From positions 1-24,952 of IMG/VR virus record IMGVR_UViG_3300024042_000004: a stretch of 24,952 nt of DNA; one strand, 5' to 3'. The position numbers were made by a program, and so were the translations under genes. Source of the stretch: a virus. Taxonomy: Duplodnaviria > Caudoviricetes. Below, one piece after another: positions 7,884 through 15,332 of the stretch (positions within the stretch are counted from its first letter, which is position 1; each line of letters begins with the position of its first letter). The notes beneath the pieces were generated by a model that saw only the letters and a program-made list of their open reading frames with translations, searched no databases and was not told the DNA's origin.

Positions 7884-9881
7884 TTAGCGCGCCATGTTCA
7901 TGCCGGGTTGTATAGAGCCAACTCTTGGGTTGACTGAAGACGTACCCGTTTGCGGCTTGTTAAGCTCATTGACTTGGTACATTGTTACGCCTTCAAAAAG
8001 CTTTCTGCCGTCAACATCAAACCGGCTATGCAATTGGATAGCTTGTTTTTGTGCTGAAGCTGGAGGTGGCACGGTAATTTGAGTAGGCATACCAAAGCCT
8101 GAAGGAAGCATTGGCATAGAGTTTCTGCCGGAGCTCTTTGCTGTAGAGTCGAACATGTCGTTTGCGGCTTTAGCTCCAGAAGTGTCATAAATCTTTTTGA
8201 CAATCTTGCCACCATAATTTAAAGCCGCATCCTTTTTTTGGCCTGCAGTTGCATCTTTATCAGAAAAGGTTTCGAGTAATTTTGCTGTGGTGTCAAGAAA
8301 GCCTGTGAGCCTATCCATTGCATTTAAAATAGCTGGCGATGTAAATTTCCCAAGAGCTGTTTCAAATCTATTTAGTGCCTCTGTTAAGGCTTTTTCACTT
8401 CCGGTTGGTATGCTTAAGGCTTTTTTAAAGCTCTCATCTACACCCATAGCCTTTGGACTTACCTTGGCTGATAAAATAGCTTTCTCTAGTGATACATCAA
8501 TAAGCCCCGCCAATGCGGCTCCTGTTCTATTGCCAAAATCGTAATTAATCTCATTAAGAATATCTTTTTTAGCGGTTATGCCATGCTTTGCAAGCTGCGG
8601 TAAATAAACACCTTCGAACCAGGCTACAACATTATTACTTAATGCATCACTACCTAGGACGGCACCAGGAAGAACTTTTTTAATAGAGCCAACTTTATTA
8701 TATTTTAGTTTTGTTTTATCAAGTATACCAAGCTCGGATAAACGCTCGGCTGTTGATTGCGTCATGCTTCCGCTTTGAAGCTGACGCTGAATTGAGGTTA
8801 GTCCAGTGCCCGCACGATGACCGCCCGCTTCTTGAATAATAGGTTCGAGCATATAGAATGTATCAAGAGCCATATTCTTTGCGGCAATGCCTCCTGTCTG
8901 CATAAAGTTTAAGAATTGCGTAGGAAGCACACGGCCACCAGATGAACTGATTACTTTTTGAAAAGTGTCTAAAACAGGCTTGAGCTTTTCGGGGTCTTTT
9001 GTGCCCAAGTACATTTCTGCGGCTCGAACTAGGTCTCTATTTTGAGCATGATTATAATTAGGGATTATTGAAGAATTTGCAAACTCCGCTCTTGCTAACA
9101 TTGGTGCTATCTTTTCTGCTGCCACAGGGTCTTTCAATACCTGAGCCGCATCTGTAAGAGATTTTAATAGGGAAGTTGGTGAAATGCCTTTTTCTTGATT
9201 GCTAAAAGCAAATCTAACAGCTCTTTCTCTAGCTGAATCACCAAAGCCCATAAGATCAAATTGCGCAAGCGTTTTCTGATACTCTTTATCTGCCTGGTAT
9301 GAGCCTTTTACGGTATTATAAGCTCCATATGCGGCGGCGCTAATAGCTATAGAGCCGGGGTTATATCCAAAGGGCCCAAGATGCATATTTCTAGCATGAA
9401 CACTTGCGCCTCCCCCTTCTGGCGCAGATTTTCTGCCCTTTGAGATTGCTCCGCCAATAGTCCTGGAATGGGCCGTCGCTGCGTTCAATCCTTCCATATT
9501 AGCGCTAAGCTGCCTAACCTTTGCTGATAAAGCATCCACTTTAGCTATTGACGATGCTGTTTTAATATTAAATTTATCAAATCGATTGATTGAGCTTAAA
9601 GTTCTATCGCCTAACGTGGAAAAAGAATTATTAAGCGAATTTAACGCACTTTTAGACCCGTATAAGGCTTCCCGAAATGCGTGCATTTTGGGGTTTAATT
9701 TGCCTGTTAACTGATCTAGCCGTGTGATTTGATCATTAATTGGCCGTAAACGCTTGTTAAGGACCTCAAGAGCTTCGTTGGTTCGCCTAATGGCACGCCA
9801 AAAGCTTTGTAGTTTTTTCTCAGCATCGCCTGTAATAGTGATACGCGTTGCTATAGCATACGCTTCTTCAAAATGTGCCAT
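7884..9881 (-). CDS. tail tape measure protein
   Basis: 665 aa, helical Ala/Lys/Ser-rich, N-terminal coiled coil, C-terminal DVDGR motif, position before baseplate genes. Confidence 0.8.
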   Translation of the reverse strand: MAHFEEAYAIATRITITGDAEKKLQSFWRAIRRTNEALEVLNKRLRPINDQITRLDQLTGKLNPKMHAFREALYGSKSALNSLNNSFSTLGDRTLSSINRFDKFNIKTASSIAKVDALSAKVRQLSANMEGLNAATAHSRTIGGAISKGRKSAPEGGGASVHARNMHLGPFGYNPGSIAISAAAYGAYNTVKGSYQADKEYQKTLAQFDLMGFGDSARERAVRFAFSNQEKGISPTSLLKSLTDAAQVLKDPVAAEKIAPMLARAEFANSSIIPNYNHAQNRDLVRAAEMYLGTKDPEKLKPVLDTFQKVISSSGGRVLPTQFLNFMQTGGIAAKNMALDTFYMLEPIIQEAGGHRAGTGLTSIQRQLQSGSMTQSTAERLSELGILDKTKLKYNKVGSIKKVLPGAVLGSDALSNNVVAWFEGVYLPQLAKHGITAKKDILNEINYDFGNRTGAALAGLIDVSLEKAILSAKVSPKAMGVDESFKKALSIPTGSEKALTEALNRFETALGKFTSPAILNAMDRLTGFLDTTAKLLETFSDKDATAGQKKDAALNYGGKIVKKIYDTSGAKAANDMFDSTAKSSGRNSMPMLPSGFGMPTQITVPPPASAQKQAIQLHSRFDVDGRKLFEGVTMYQVNELNKPQTGTSSVNPRVGSIQPGMNMAR

Positions 9882-10353
9882 AACCGTGTTCCAATTGTTT
9901 TAAACTTTCGCTTTTCAACCATAGCCGCACAGATTGGGCTACAATCTTTTTAATTTTGTCTCTATTTTCAAACATAGCCGCACCTAGCACAGGTCTTGGC
10001 GGAATATGATTGGTTCCAAGCTCTTGGTAAGCCATAATTGGATTTTTGGAGCCCACAAATACTGAGTTTGTTACAACAGAAAATTCTATTGACTCCATCA
10101 GCTCTCCGCTTCTATAAAGCGGATCATTAGGAGAATAGCCTTCCCTCTGACGCTGCTCTTGAGTAGCGTCTTTTAACTCAGCCCATTCCTCAAAAAGACC
10201 ATGGTCTGGCTGATAATGACCGAATTTTCTTTTGCTTGCATCTTGTATGAATTTACCGAGAATAGTCAGAGTTGCTTTTTTGTAGATAGCTTCGCTGGCA
10301 ATCACTTTTTTAATATGATTGCCAAATTCTTCAAAGGTTTTAAATTCTTTCAT
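9868..10353 (-). CDS. virion morphogenesis/tail completion protein (HK97 gp10 or Mu gpG-like)
   Basis: PLYRSGELMESI, YQELGTNHIPPRPVL motifs. Confidence 0.8.
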   Translation of the reverse strand: MKEFKTFEEFGNHIKKVIASEAIYKKATLTILGKFIQDASKRKFGHYQPDHGLFEEWAELKDATQEQRQREGYSPNDPLYRSGELMESIEFSVVTNSVFVGSKNPIMAYQELGTNHIPPRPVLGAAMFENRDKIKKIVAQSVRLWLKSESLKQLEHGYGTF

Positions 10354-10937
10354 TCGTAATAGGTAAAGTGCTTCGCAACCCGCTGTAGCTTGTCTGTATT
10401 AAAATTATCCCAATTTATCTTATCGTAAAGGGGCCGGGTAAATTCAAAAGAAAAAACTTTTATTTGCTTAGGATTGCCATAATCATCCGAGTCATCAATA
10501 TAGCCTATAATTTTAATCTTATCTGTTGAAGGTTCGTTATATAAATCCCTTGTAATTATGCCTGCGAAGTATAGTAGCATTAACCCTGTAATTTCAGGTC
10601 TGTCAGATATTGGATCAAAATTTTTACTAACAGTAATTTTCCCCTGGCTTATGAAGTTTGGCAAAGTCTCAATTGCTTCGTTCTGGCTTACTGAAACTAT
10701 ATATGAATCATCCGAATAATTTTTATGAACGCTAAAACCAGGGTATAGGTCTCTATTTACCTGTAATATATTATCTATTCTCTCTTTGGGAGTAATTATT
10801 TTTTGTTGTTGATTTTCAGGTTTAGTCCCATTGTCCGTGGAGGATTCGCCTTCATTTGAATAGTGAGAAAATCCCATAAAGAATATTGAAACGATTATTA
10901 TGCATACTACAAAAGCTGCTTCTTTAGCCCTAGACAT
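10350..10937 (-). CDS. N-terminally membrane-anchored hypothetical protein (moron)
   Basis: TM AAFVVCIIIVSIFFMGF, polar linker, globular domain, AT-rich, SD GAGGAG. Confidence 0.75.
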   Translation of the reverse strand: MSRAKEAAFVVCIIIVSIFFMGFSHYSNEGESSTDNGTKPENQQQKIITPKERIDNILQVNRDLYPGFSVHKNYSDDSYIVSVSQNEAIETLPNFISQGKITVSKNFDPISDRPEITGLMLLYFAGIITRDLYNEPSTDKIKIIGYIDDSDDYGNPKQIKVFSFEFTRPLYDKINWDNFNTDKLQRVAKHFTYYE

Positions 10938-11054
10938 AACATAATTACTCCTCAGTTAATAACTAAGGCATCATAAGCCAATTTATCCAATTCGAGCAAG
11001 CTTTAGGGAAATTCCCGATGGCAAAAAATCTTTGCCATTATCACATAATAAATG

Positions 11055-11095
11055 TTGTAATCACTGTAAAACCATCTATAATACATATTATATCA
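11055..11095. promoter_or_regulatory. overlapping promoters and palindromic operator (hicAB and moron)
   Basis: Plus: TTGTAA-16-TATAAT (11055-11082). Minus: TGaTATAAT (11095-11087). Palindrome TATAATA-ca-TATTATA (11077-11092). Confidence 0.65.
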
Positions 11096-11112
11096 TGTGC
11101 AAGGCGCTTTAA

Positions 11113-11298
11113 ATGGACGGCAAAACAGTAATTAAAATCTTAGAACAAAATGGCTTTAAATGTGTCCGTATCAACGGCAGTCATCATATTATGCAGAATG
11201 GCCAGCTATCAGTTCCCGTGCCCGTCCACAGTAAGCATGACATTAAAATCGGCACGCTTAAAAATATTGAAAAAAGATCTGGAGTAAAATTAAAATGA
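11113..11298 (+). CDS. hicA: HicA family mRNA interferase toxin
   Basis: 61 aa, LEQNGF..VRINGSHH..VPVPVH...I.IGTL.NI. Confidence 0.92.
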   Translation: MDGKTVIKILEQNGFKCVRINGSHHIMQNGQLSVPVPVHSKHDIKIGTLKNIEKRSGVKLK

Positions 11299-11732
11299 GC
11301 GAACTTAAATTAACCTACTTTGCAAATCTTGCTGACGCTGAAGAAGGCGGATATATCGTGACCTTCCGGGATTTGCCCAATGTTTTTACAGAAGGCGACA
11401 CCCTTGAAGAGGCTCTTTTTAATGCCCAAGAAGTGCTAGATGGCATGCTTGCAGTAATGTCATCCAATAACGAGGAAATAAACGATCCATCTCCTGGGCA
11501 AGATGGTGAATACCCTATCCCCGTTAGTCCTGATATAGCTGCGCCTATATTATTACACTTGTTACGTAAAAAACGCTCTCAAACGATGGCTAATGTGGCT
11601 AGAGCAATGAGCATACCTTACCAACAGTACCAAAGGCTTGAGCATAATTGTAATATGACTTTAAAAAGTCTCAATAAAGCCGCTGTTGCAATGGGCGCCC
11701 GTGTTGAAATTAGAGTTTATTTAAATGACTAG
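11295..11732 (+). CDS. hicB: HicB family antitoxin with C-terminal HTH
   Basis: EEGGYIVTFRDLPNVFTEGDTLEEALFNAQEVL, Xre-type HTH (TMANVARAMSIPYQQYQRLE), ATGA overlap with hicA. Confidence 0.92.
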   Translation: MSELKLTYFANLADAEEGGYIVTFRDLPNVFTEGDTLEEALFNAQEVLDGMLAVMSSNNEEINDPSPGQDGEYPIPVSPDIAAPILLHLLRKKRSQTMANVARAMSIPYQQYQRLEHNCNMTLKSLNKAAVAMGARVEIRVYLND

Positions 11733-11762
11733 AGCAACCCTGAATATGCGCTCTTGCCCTAA

Positions 11763-11870
11763 TTAGCTTTGGAGCAATAAAGCACTTACTACAGCAAATG
11801 CGACTAAGCTTATAGCCACAAATGCTATCAAGCAGTCACGGTTAATTTGTTTGTCTATTGGGTTGTTCAT
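11763..11870 (-). CDS. 35-aa single-TM peptide (not in ORF track)
   Basis: Hand translation MNNPIDKQINRDCLIAFVAISLVAFAVVSALLLQS. Weak SD (GGGT), 15 nt after the previous stop. Confidence 0.5.
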   Translation of the reverse strand: MNNPIDKQINRDCLIAFVAISLVAFAVVSALLLQS

Positions 11871-11885
11871 GATTTTACCCAATAT

Positions 11886-12014
11886 TTAATGAATAAATTC
11901 TTTAACAATTAAAGCAATTGGCAATGCTGCTATTCCAAAACCGATTAGCAAAGCTACTCTACACATCGTAGTAACCATTTTATCTTGCTGATTTTCTGTT
12001 AATTTTCCGCTCAT
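11886..12014 (-). CDS. 42-aa single-TM peptide (not in ORF track)
   Basis: Hand translation MSGKLTENQQDKMVTTMCRVALLIGFGIAALPIALIVKEFIH. SD GAGGT upstream. Confidence 0.65.
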   Translation of the reverse strand: MSGKLTENQQDKMVTTMCRVALLIGFGIAALPIALIVKEFIH

Positions 12015-12031
12015 AATTACCTCTTTCATAC

Positions 12032-12241
12032 TTACGATTTTTTTATTTTTTCTTTCGCCTTATAATCGAAATAATCTTTAAGCAAAGGTGCGATCCCATT
12101 CAATAACCACTTAATTCCCAAACAAGTTGCAGGTATCAGTATTGATAGACTGATTGCCGTAATTGCAAAGCTACTACTTGGCATCTGTATCATTACCTCT
12201 CTAAAAGAGTGAAAAAATAAAACGATTTTGTTATCATTCAC
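12032..12241 (-). CDS. small membrane protein of antisense cassette B
   Basis: GTG start with SD AAGGAGGT, TM FAITAISLSILIPATCLGIKWLL, internal GAGGT SD before Met20. Confidence 0.7.
   Translation of the reverse strand: MNDNKIVLFFHSFREVMIQMPSSSFAITAISLSILIPATCLGIKWLLNGIAPLLKDYFDYKAKEKIKKS
12209..12237 (+). promoter_or_regulatory. promoter of antisense RNA B
   Basis: GTGAAA, 17-nt spacer, extended -10 TGtTATCAT (12229-12237). Confidence 0.55.
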
Positions 12242-12243
12242 TT

Positions 12244-12335
12244 ATGATTACCTCCTTTATAGGTAGTCAACACGCTATCGGTGGTGGTACACGCGATAGC
12301 ATTAACCCCAAAGCTTATTGCTCTTGGGGTTTTTT
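12244..12335 (+). ncRNA. putative antisense small RNA, copy B
   Basis: GATTACCT-cctttat-AGGTAGTC; GCTATCG GTG-gtggta-CAC g CGATAGC; terminator AACCCCAA...TTGGGGTT-TTTT. Confidence 0.7.
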
Positions 12336-12531
12336 ATTTTTGTTCTTCAAACTGAAAGTTAGCCCAGTTAAATTTGGCGCCACGAAATTCAGAAAAGCAT
12401 ATTGAGAAGGCCGTCACAAAGTAACTTGGCATTTCGCCTTGCCAAGGCTTTTCTTGGCCATACACCGCGTCCCAAGGCATGCGGTTATAGATTAACCAAG
12501 CACGCTCCTTAAACTCAGGAGCGGTAGCTAT
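12334..12531 (-). CDS. -1 frameshift extension of tail assembly chaperone (gpGT-like C-terminus)
   Basis: 65 open codons in the -1 frame after A AAA AAA: IATAPEFKERAWLIYNRMPWDAVYG...FSEFRGAKFNWANFQFEEQK. Confidence 0.8.
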   Translation of the reverse strand: MATAPEFKERAWLIYNRMPWDAVYGQEKPWQGEMPSYFVTAFSICFSEFRGAKFNWANFQFEEQK

Positions 12532-12537
12532 TTTTTT
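12503..12537 (-). other. programmed -1 ribosomal frameshift signal
   Basis: Slippery A AAA AAA (12537-12531), 7-nt spacer, hairpin CGCTCCT-gagttta-AGGAGCG (12523-12503). Confidence 0.8.
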
Positions 12538-12905
12538 ATTAAATCTTTCTCCTGCTGTTCATTCTCTTCGGTCTCTTGGCCAATGAGCTGCATGATGCCC
12601 TCTAAAATAGCCTGATGGCCTTCATAGCCTAAGCGTTGAATAAGAGCCTCTAATTCGCGTTCGCTATTTTTCGTCACTGGAGATCCATCAATAGCTGATA
12701 CCCAGTTATAAATGCTAATTTCTTTAAGATAGACGTCATTGCTAGAATTATCGCCGAGTATTTTAATAAAGCGGAATTTCTCAAGGATTGGTGGCCTTCT
12801 AACTGTAATGATGCGTCCTAAAGAGTCCTTTATGTCTGCTTTTTCAGCCTGCACGACTTGCGATGGTGTATCACCTTGTAAAATTTCTACTTTTGGTTTT
12901 TGCAT
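12528..12905 (-). CDS. tail assembly chaperone (gpG-like)
   Basis: 125 aa, downstream of tube gene, acidic C-terminus ending IKK on a slippery site. Confidence 0.8.
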   Translation of the reverse strand: MQKPKVEILQGDTPSQVVQAEKADIKDSLGRIITVRRPPILEKFRFIKILGDNSSNDVYLKEISIYNWVSAIDGSPVTKNSERELEALIQRLGYEGHQAILEGIMQLIGQETEENEQQEKDLIKK

Positions 12906-12921
12906 TTTTTAACCCTTTTAC

Positions 12922-13095
12922 TTATGTTAAGAATAATTTTATAAAATCTGTTAGAGCATGAATGATGCTGGGCAACGAATAGATAAAGACCACAGTAATA
13001 ATAGTATTGGCCCATTTAGCCGAATGCTTTTCGCTGCCTGCTAATTTCATGATGAATTCTTTATATTTAATATAGGTTTTGCTATGATTATTCAT
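12922..13095 (-). CDS. 57-aa membrane peptide of antisense cassette C (not in ORF track)
   Basis: Hand translation MNNHSKTYIKYKEFIMKLAGSEKHSAKWANTIITVVFIYSLPSIIHALTDFIKLFLT. SD-like AGGCAGGT. Confidence 0.65.
   Translation of the reverse strand: MNNHSKTYIKYKEFIMKLAGSEKHSAKWANTIITVVFIYSLPSIIHALTDFIKLFLT
13060..13088 (+). promoter_or_regulatory. promoter of antisense RNA C
   Basis: TTTATA, 17-nt spacer, extended -10 TGcTATGAT (13080-13088). Confidence 0.6.
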
Positions 13096-13179
13096 ATGAT
13101 TACCTGCCTTTTAGGTAGTCTTCGCTCTCTCGGTGCGCTAACACGCGAGAGAACTAAGCCCCTTCGCTGGGGCTTTTTT
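13096..13179 (+). ncRNA. putative antisense small RNA, copy C
   Basis: GATTACCT-gcctttt-AGGTAGTC; TCTCTCG GTG-cgctaa-CAC g CGAGAGA; terminator AAGCCCC-ttcgct-GGGGCTT-TTTT. Confidence 0.7.
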
Positions 13180-13181
13180 AT

Positions 13182-13616
13182 TTATGCTAACTTCTGCTTT
13201 CTAGCAGCTTCAAAGCTAATACGCTGGGTCACAGCCGTATCACGTGCGAATGAACCACCATCATCCAATGACAGTCTTACACCTGTATAAATGTACTGAC
13301 TGATAGAGCCGTCGGCCTCAACAATGGTTTCTGTGATGCTTGCCTCTGGCAAATTCTCGCCGCGATAAAAAGCAGCCTCTTGCGCAATAAAATAATCCAT
13401 GACTTTTGGATTATTACGCTCAATGTCACAAGAGCCTGACCAGCCCTCGTAGAAGATTTGATTAACGCTGGGTGAGTCGATGGGCTTAATGCGATTTTTA
13501 GCCACGTCTTGCTTGGCATTGAAATTAGTAATCCCTATTCCAAAATCGACGGCCCCATTTTGATCGTAAAAATGTAGTGTAATATCCTGGCCTGTTGCGT
13601 AACCTGAACTTGGCAT
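13182..13616 (-). CDS. tail tube protein
   Basis: 144 aa, beta-rich, immediately after sheath. Confidence 0.8.
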   Translation of the reverse strand: MPSSGYATGQDITLHFYDQNGAVDFGIGITNFNAKQDVAKNRIKPIDSPSVNQIFYEGWSGSCDIERNNPKVMDYFIAQEAAFYRGENLPEASITETIVEADGSISQYIYTGVRLSLDDGGSFARDTAVTQRISFEAARKQKLA

Positions 13617-13626
13617 TTTAAACTCC

Positions 13627-15159
13627 TTATTGAACGGTCACTTGGCCCGTTTGTAAATTCACTAAGAACACGCGGATAGTTCTCAAATAAGCAACCTGCA
13701 CGTCAGCCTGCATATAGCCTAATGCCACACGGCTTGAGGGGTTGTTTGAGACATCCAAAATCACTTTAAAGGCGGGTCCGCCGTTCACATCACCAATCAT
13801 GCCTTGTTGCTCAAGATTACTGAGAAACGTTTGTAATGCGGTCTTAGCTTCTAATCGTGTCGCCGTGTTTTGTAATCTGCCCACAAACTTGCCGAGGCCT
13901 TGGTTTAAGGTGTAAGCGATATAGTTGGTTAAGCGGCAGTACTCATCGGTATTAGTCAGCGCGTTAGAACTGGTGCTTTGACCTAAGCGGGCGGCAAAAT
14001 AATCACCACCGGGTGATGGGTTAACAATGACGTCAATGCCGGCTTGCGAGAGCTGTACGATTTCCGCATCAGAGTACACTTTATGCTTGTAGCTGCTCTG
14101 GGTACCTAAAATACCTAGCACAGGCTGATTTAGGCTTGAGCGCTCAGGCGATAGATTGGCTAATCGACCCGAAATAACGCCTTGCGGACTAACTAGGCGT
14201 ACTTGGTTGTTTTGGGTATCTTGGAAATAAACCCAGTCACCTAGCATCAATTTAGCACTGTAGTTATCAATGCCTACTGTCTGCTTAGCCGTAATCGCAG
14301 CTGAGATAGTCTGTCCTGCGGGGCCTGTTAAAATCATATAGGCGCCTTCGGAAAGACCAAAAGCTAATTGGGCGCTATAAGTGGCTGAGTCGTCACAATC
14401 GCTGAGCATTACAATGCTTACGCCCGTATTTCGCAGCGCATACATACCGGCCCGCGGCGTCGTATCTGAGCCTACCAATCGAGTATCGAGAATTGAGCTA
14501 TTTCCATCCGCGCCACCTGCCAAGGTATAGCTAGCAAGCGCTGGGGCCGCAGTGCCTGCACCTAAGGTTGCGGTAACCAGCCCCGAGGGGCCTTGTGCGG
14601 CCTGGCCATTATTGATGGCGTTCACGATATTTTGCCAGAGTGCGTTACCTGTTCCGCCGATGTTGTCATAGACCTCTGGCAGACCGTTGGGTAAGGATAC
14701 TGTGATCTTATAGGTTGGACTGGCGGTGATTGAGTTAGTGCCAGCGCTCACTGTGGCCTTAACATTATTGCCATAGGTGCCCGTATACTTTGCAGTTAAT
14801 ACCATGCCTATAGCAGGCGTGCCCGCTGTATCCATAATGTTCTTTGTAGCGGCTGCATCCGTGCCATCGGTTACCCGAACGCAGCGTATGTTGTTAGCAA
14901 AGTTAGCGCACGCCAAGTTAACGGCCGTGCCCAAATCATGCTTTAAGGTCAGCATGGGCCCAAATTTTTGTTGATACTCATCCATGCTGCTGATGGTGAC
15001 GGGCGAATTAACGGGACCCCAAGAGGCTATACCTACAATGCCCAGGATATTGGTTGGCACGCCATTTAATAGCGTTTGTGACGGCGGCAATATTTGCACA
15101 TAAACATTCGGTGCATTTATGCTCGTGGTATTAAATGTTCCAGCTTGTATGACGGGCAT
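13627..15159 (-). CDS. contractile tail sheath protein
   Basis: APNVYVQI, GIVGIASWGPVNSPV..S..EY...FG, VRVTDG, AKYTGTYGN, sheath-type C-terminal domain. Confidence 0.93.
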   Translation of the reverse strand: MPVIQAGTFNTTSINAPNVYVQILPPSQTLLNGVPTNILGIVGIASWGPVNSPVTISSMDEYQQKFGPMLTLKHDLGTAVNLACANFANNIRCVRVTDGTDAAATKNIMDTAGTPAIGMVLTAKYTGTYGNNVKATVSAGTNSITASPTYKITVSLPNGLPEVYDNIGGTGNALWQNIVNAINNGQAAQGPSGLVTATLGAGTAAPALASYTLAGGADGNSSILDTRLVGSDTTPRAGMYALRNTGVSIVMLSDCDDSATYSAQLAFGLSEGAYMILTGPAGQTISAAITAKQTVGIDNYSAKLMLGDWVYFQDTQNNQVRLVSPQGVISGRLANLSPERSSLNQPVLGILGTQSSYKHKVYSDAEIVQLSQAGIDVIVNPSPGGDYFAARLGQSTSSNALTNTDEYCRLTNYIAYTLNQGLGKFVGRLQNTATRLEAKTALQTFLSNLEQQGMIGDVNGGPAFKVILDVSNNPSSRVALGYMQADVQVAYLRTIRVFLVNLQTGQVTVQ

Positions 15160-15161
15160 GC

Positions 15162-15320
15162 TTAACTCTCCCTGGTATAAACTTTAACGACATGGTCAGC
15201 ATGGGTTGCTAGCACATCATCAATGATTTTTTTATCGGTAATTTCATCGCCTCGGCGGTAATCGCCAAACGCCTCTTGCACCACAAGCTTTATGCTGTGG
15301 ATTTTTGTTTTTTCAGTCAT
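15162..15320 (-). CDS. 52-aa hypothetical protein preceding sheath (not in ORF track)
   Basis: Hand translation MTEKTKIHSIKLVVQEAFGDYRRGDEITDKKIIDDVLATHADHVVKVYTRES. Fills the intergenic gap exactly. Confidence 0.7.
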   Translation of the reverse strand: MTEKTKIHSIKLVVQEAFGDYRRGDEITDKKIIDDVLATHADHVVKVYTRES

Positions 15321-15332
15321 GGGTTTGTCTCT

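Noticed and set aside
10938-10970. ATAATTACTCCTC resembling the start of a fourth antisense copy
   Set aside because: Only the SD complement is present. Hairpin 2 and the terminator are absent.
7069-13179. Repeated elements read as CRISPR repeats, REP/MITE elements or plain terminators
   Set aside because: They are kilobases apart with no spacer periodicity, terminal inverted repeats or target duplications. Conserved promoter spacing and two extra covarying hairpins exceed what a simple terminator explains.
13084-13290. 68-aa + strand ORF over cassette C
   Set aside because: No SD, runs through a terminator and antisense into the tube gene, and has no equivalent in copy B. The RNA interpretation fits better.
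1523-15159. Tailocin or contractile injection system
   Set aside because: Terminase, portal, scaffold and capsid genes are present and intact, so this is a head-bearing phage.
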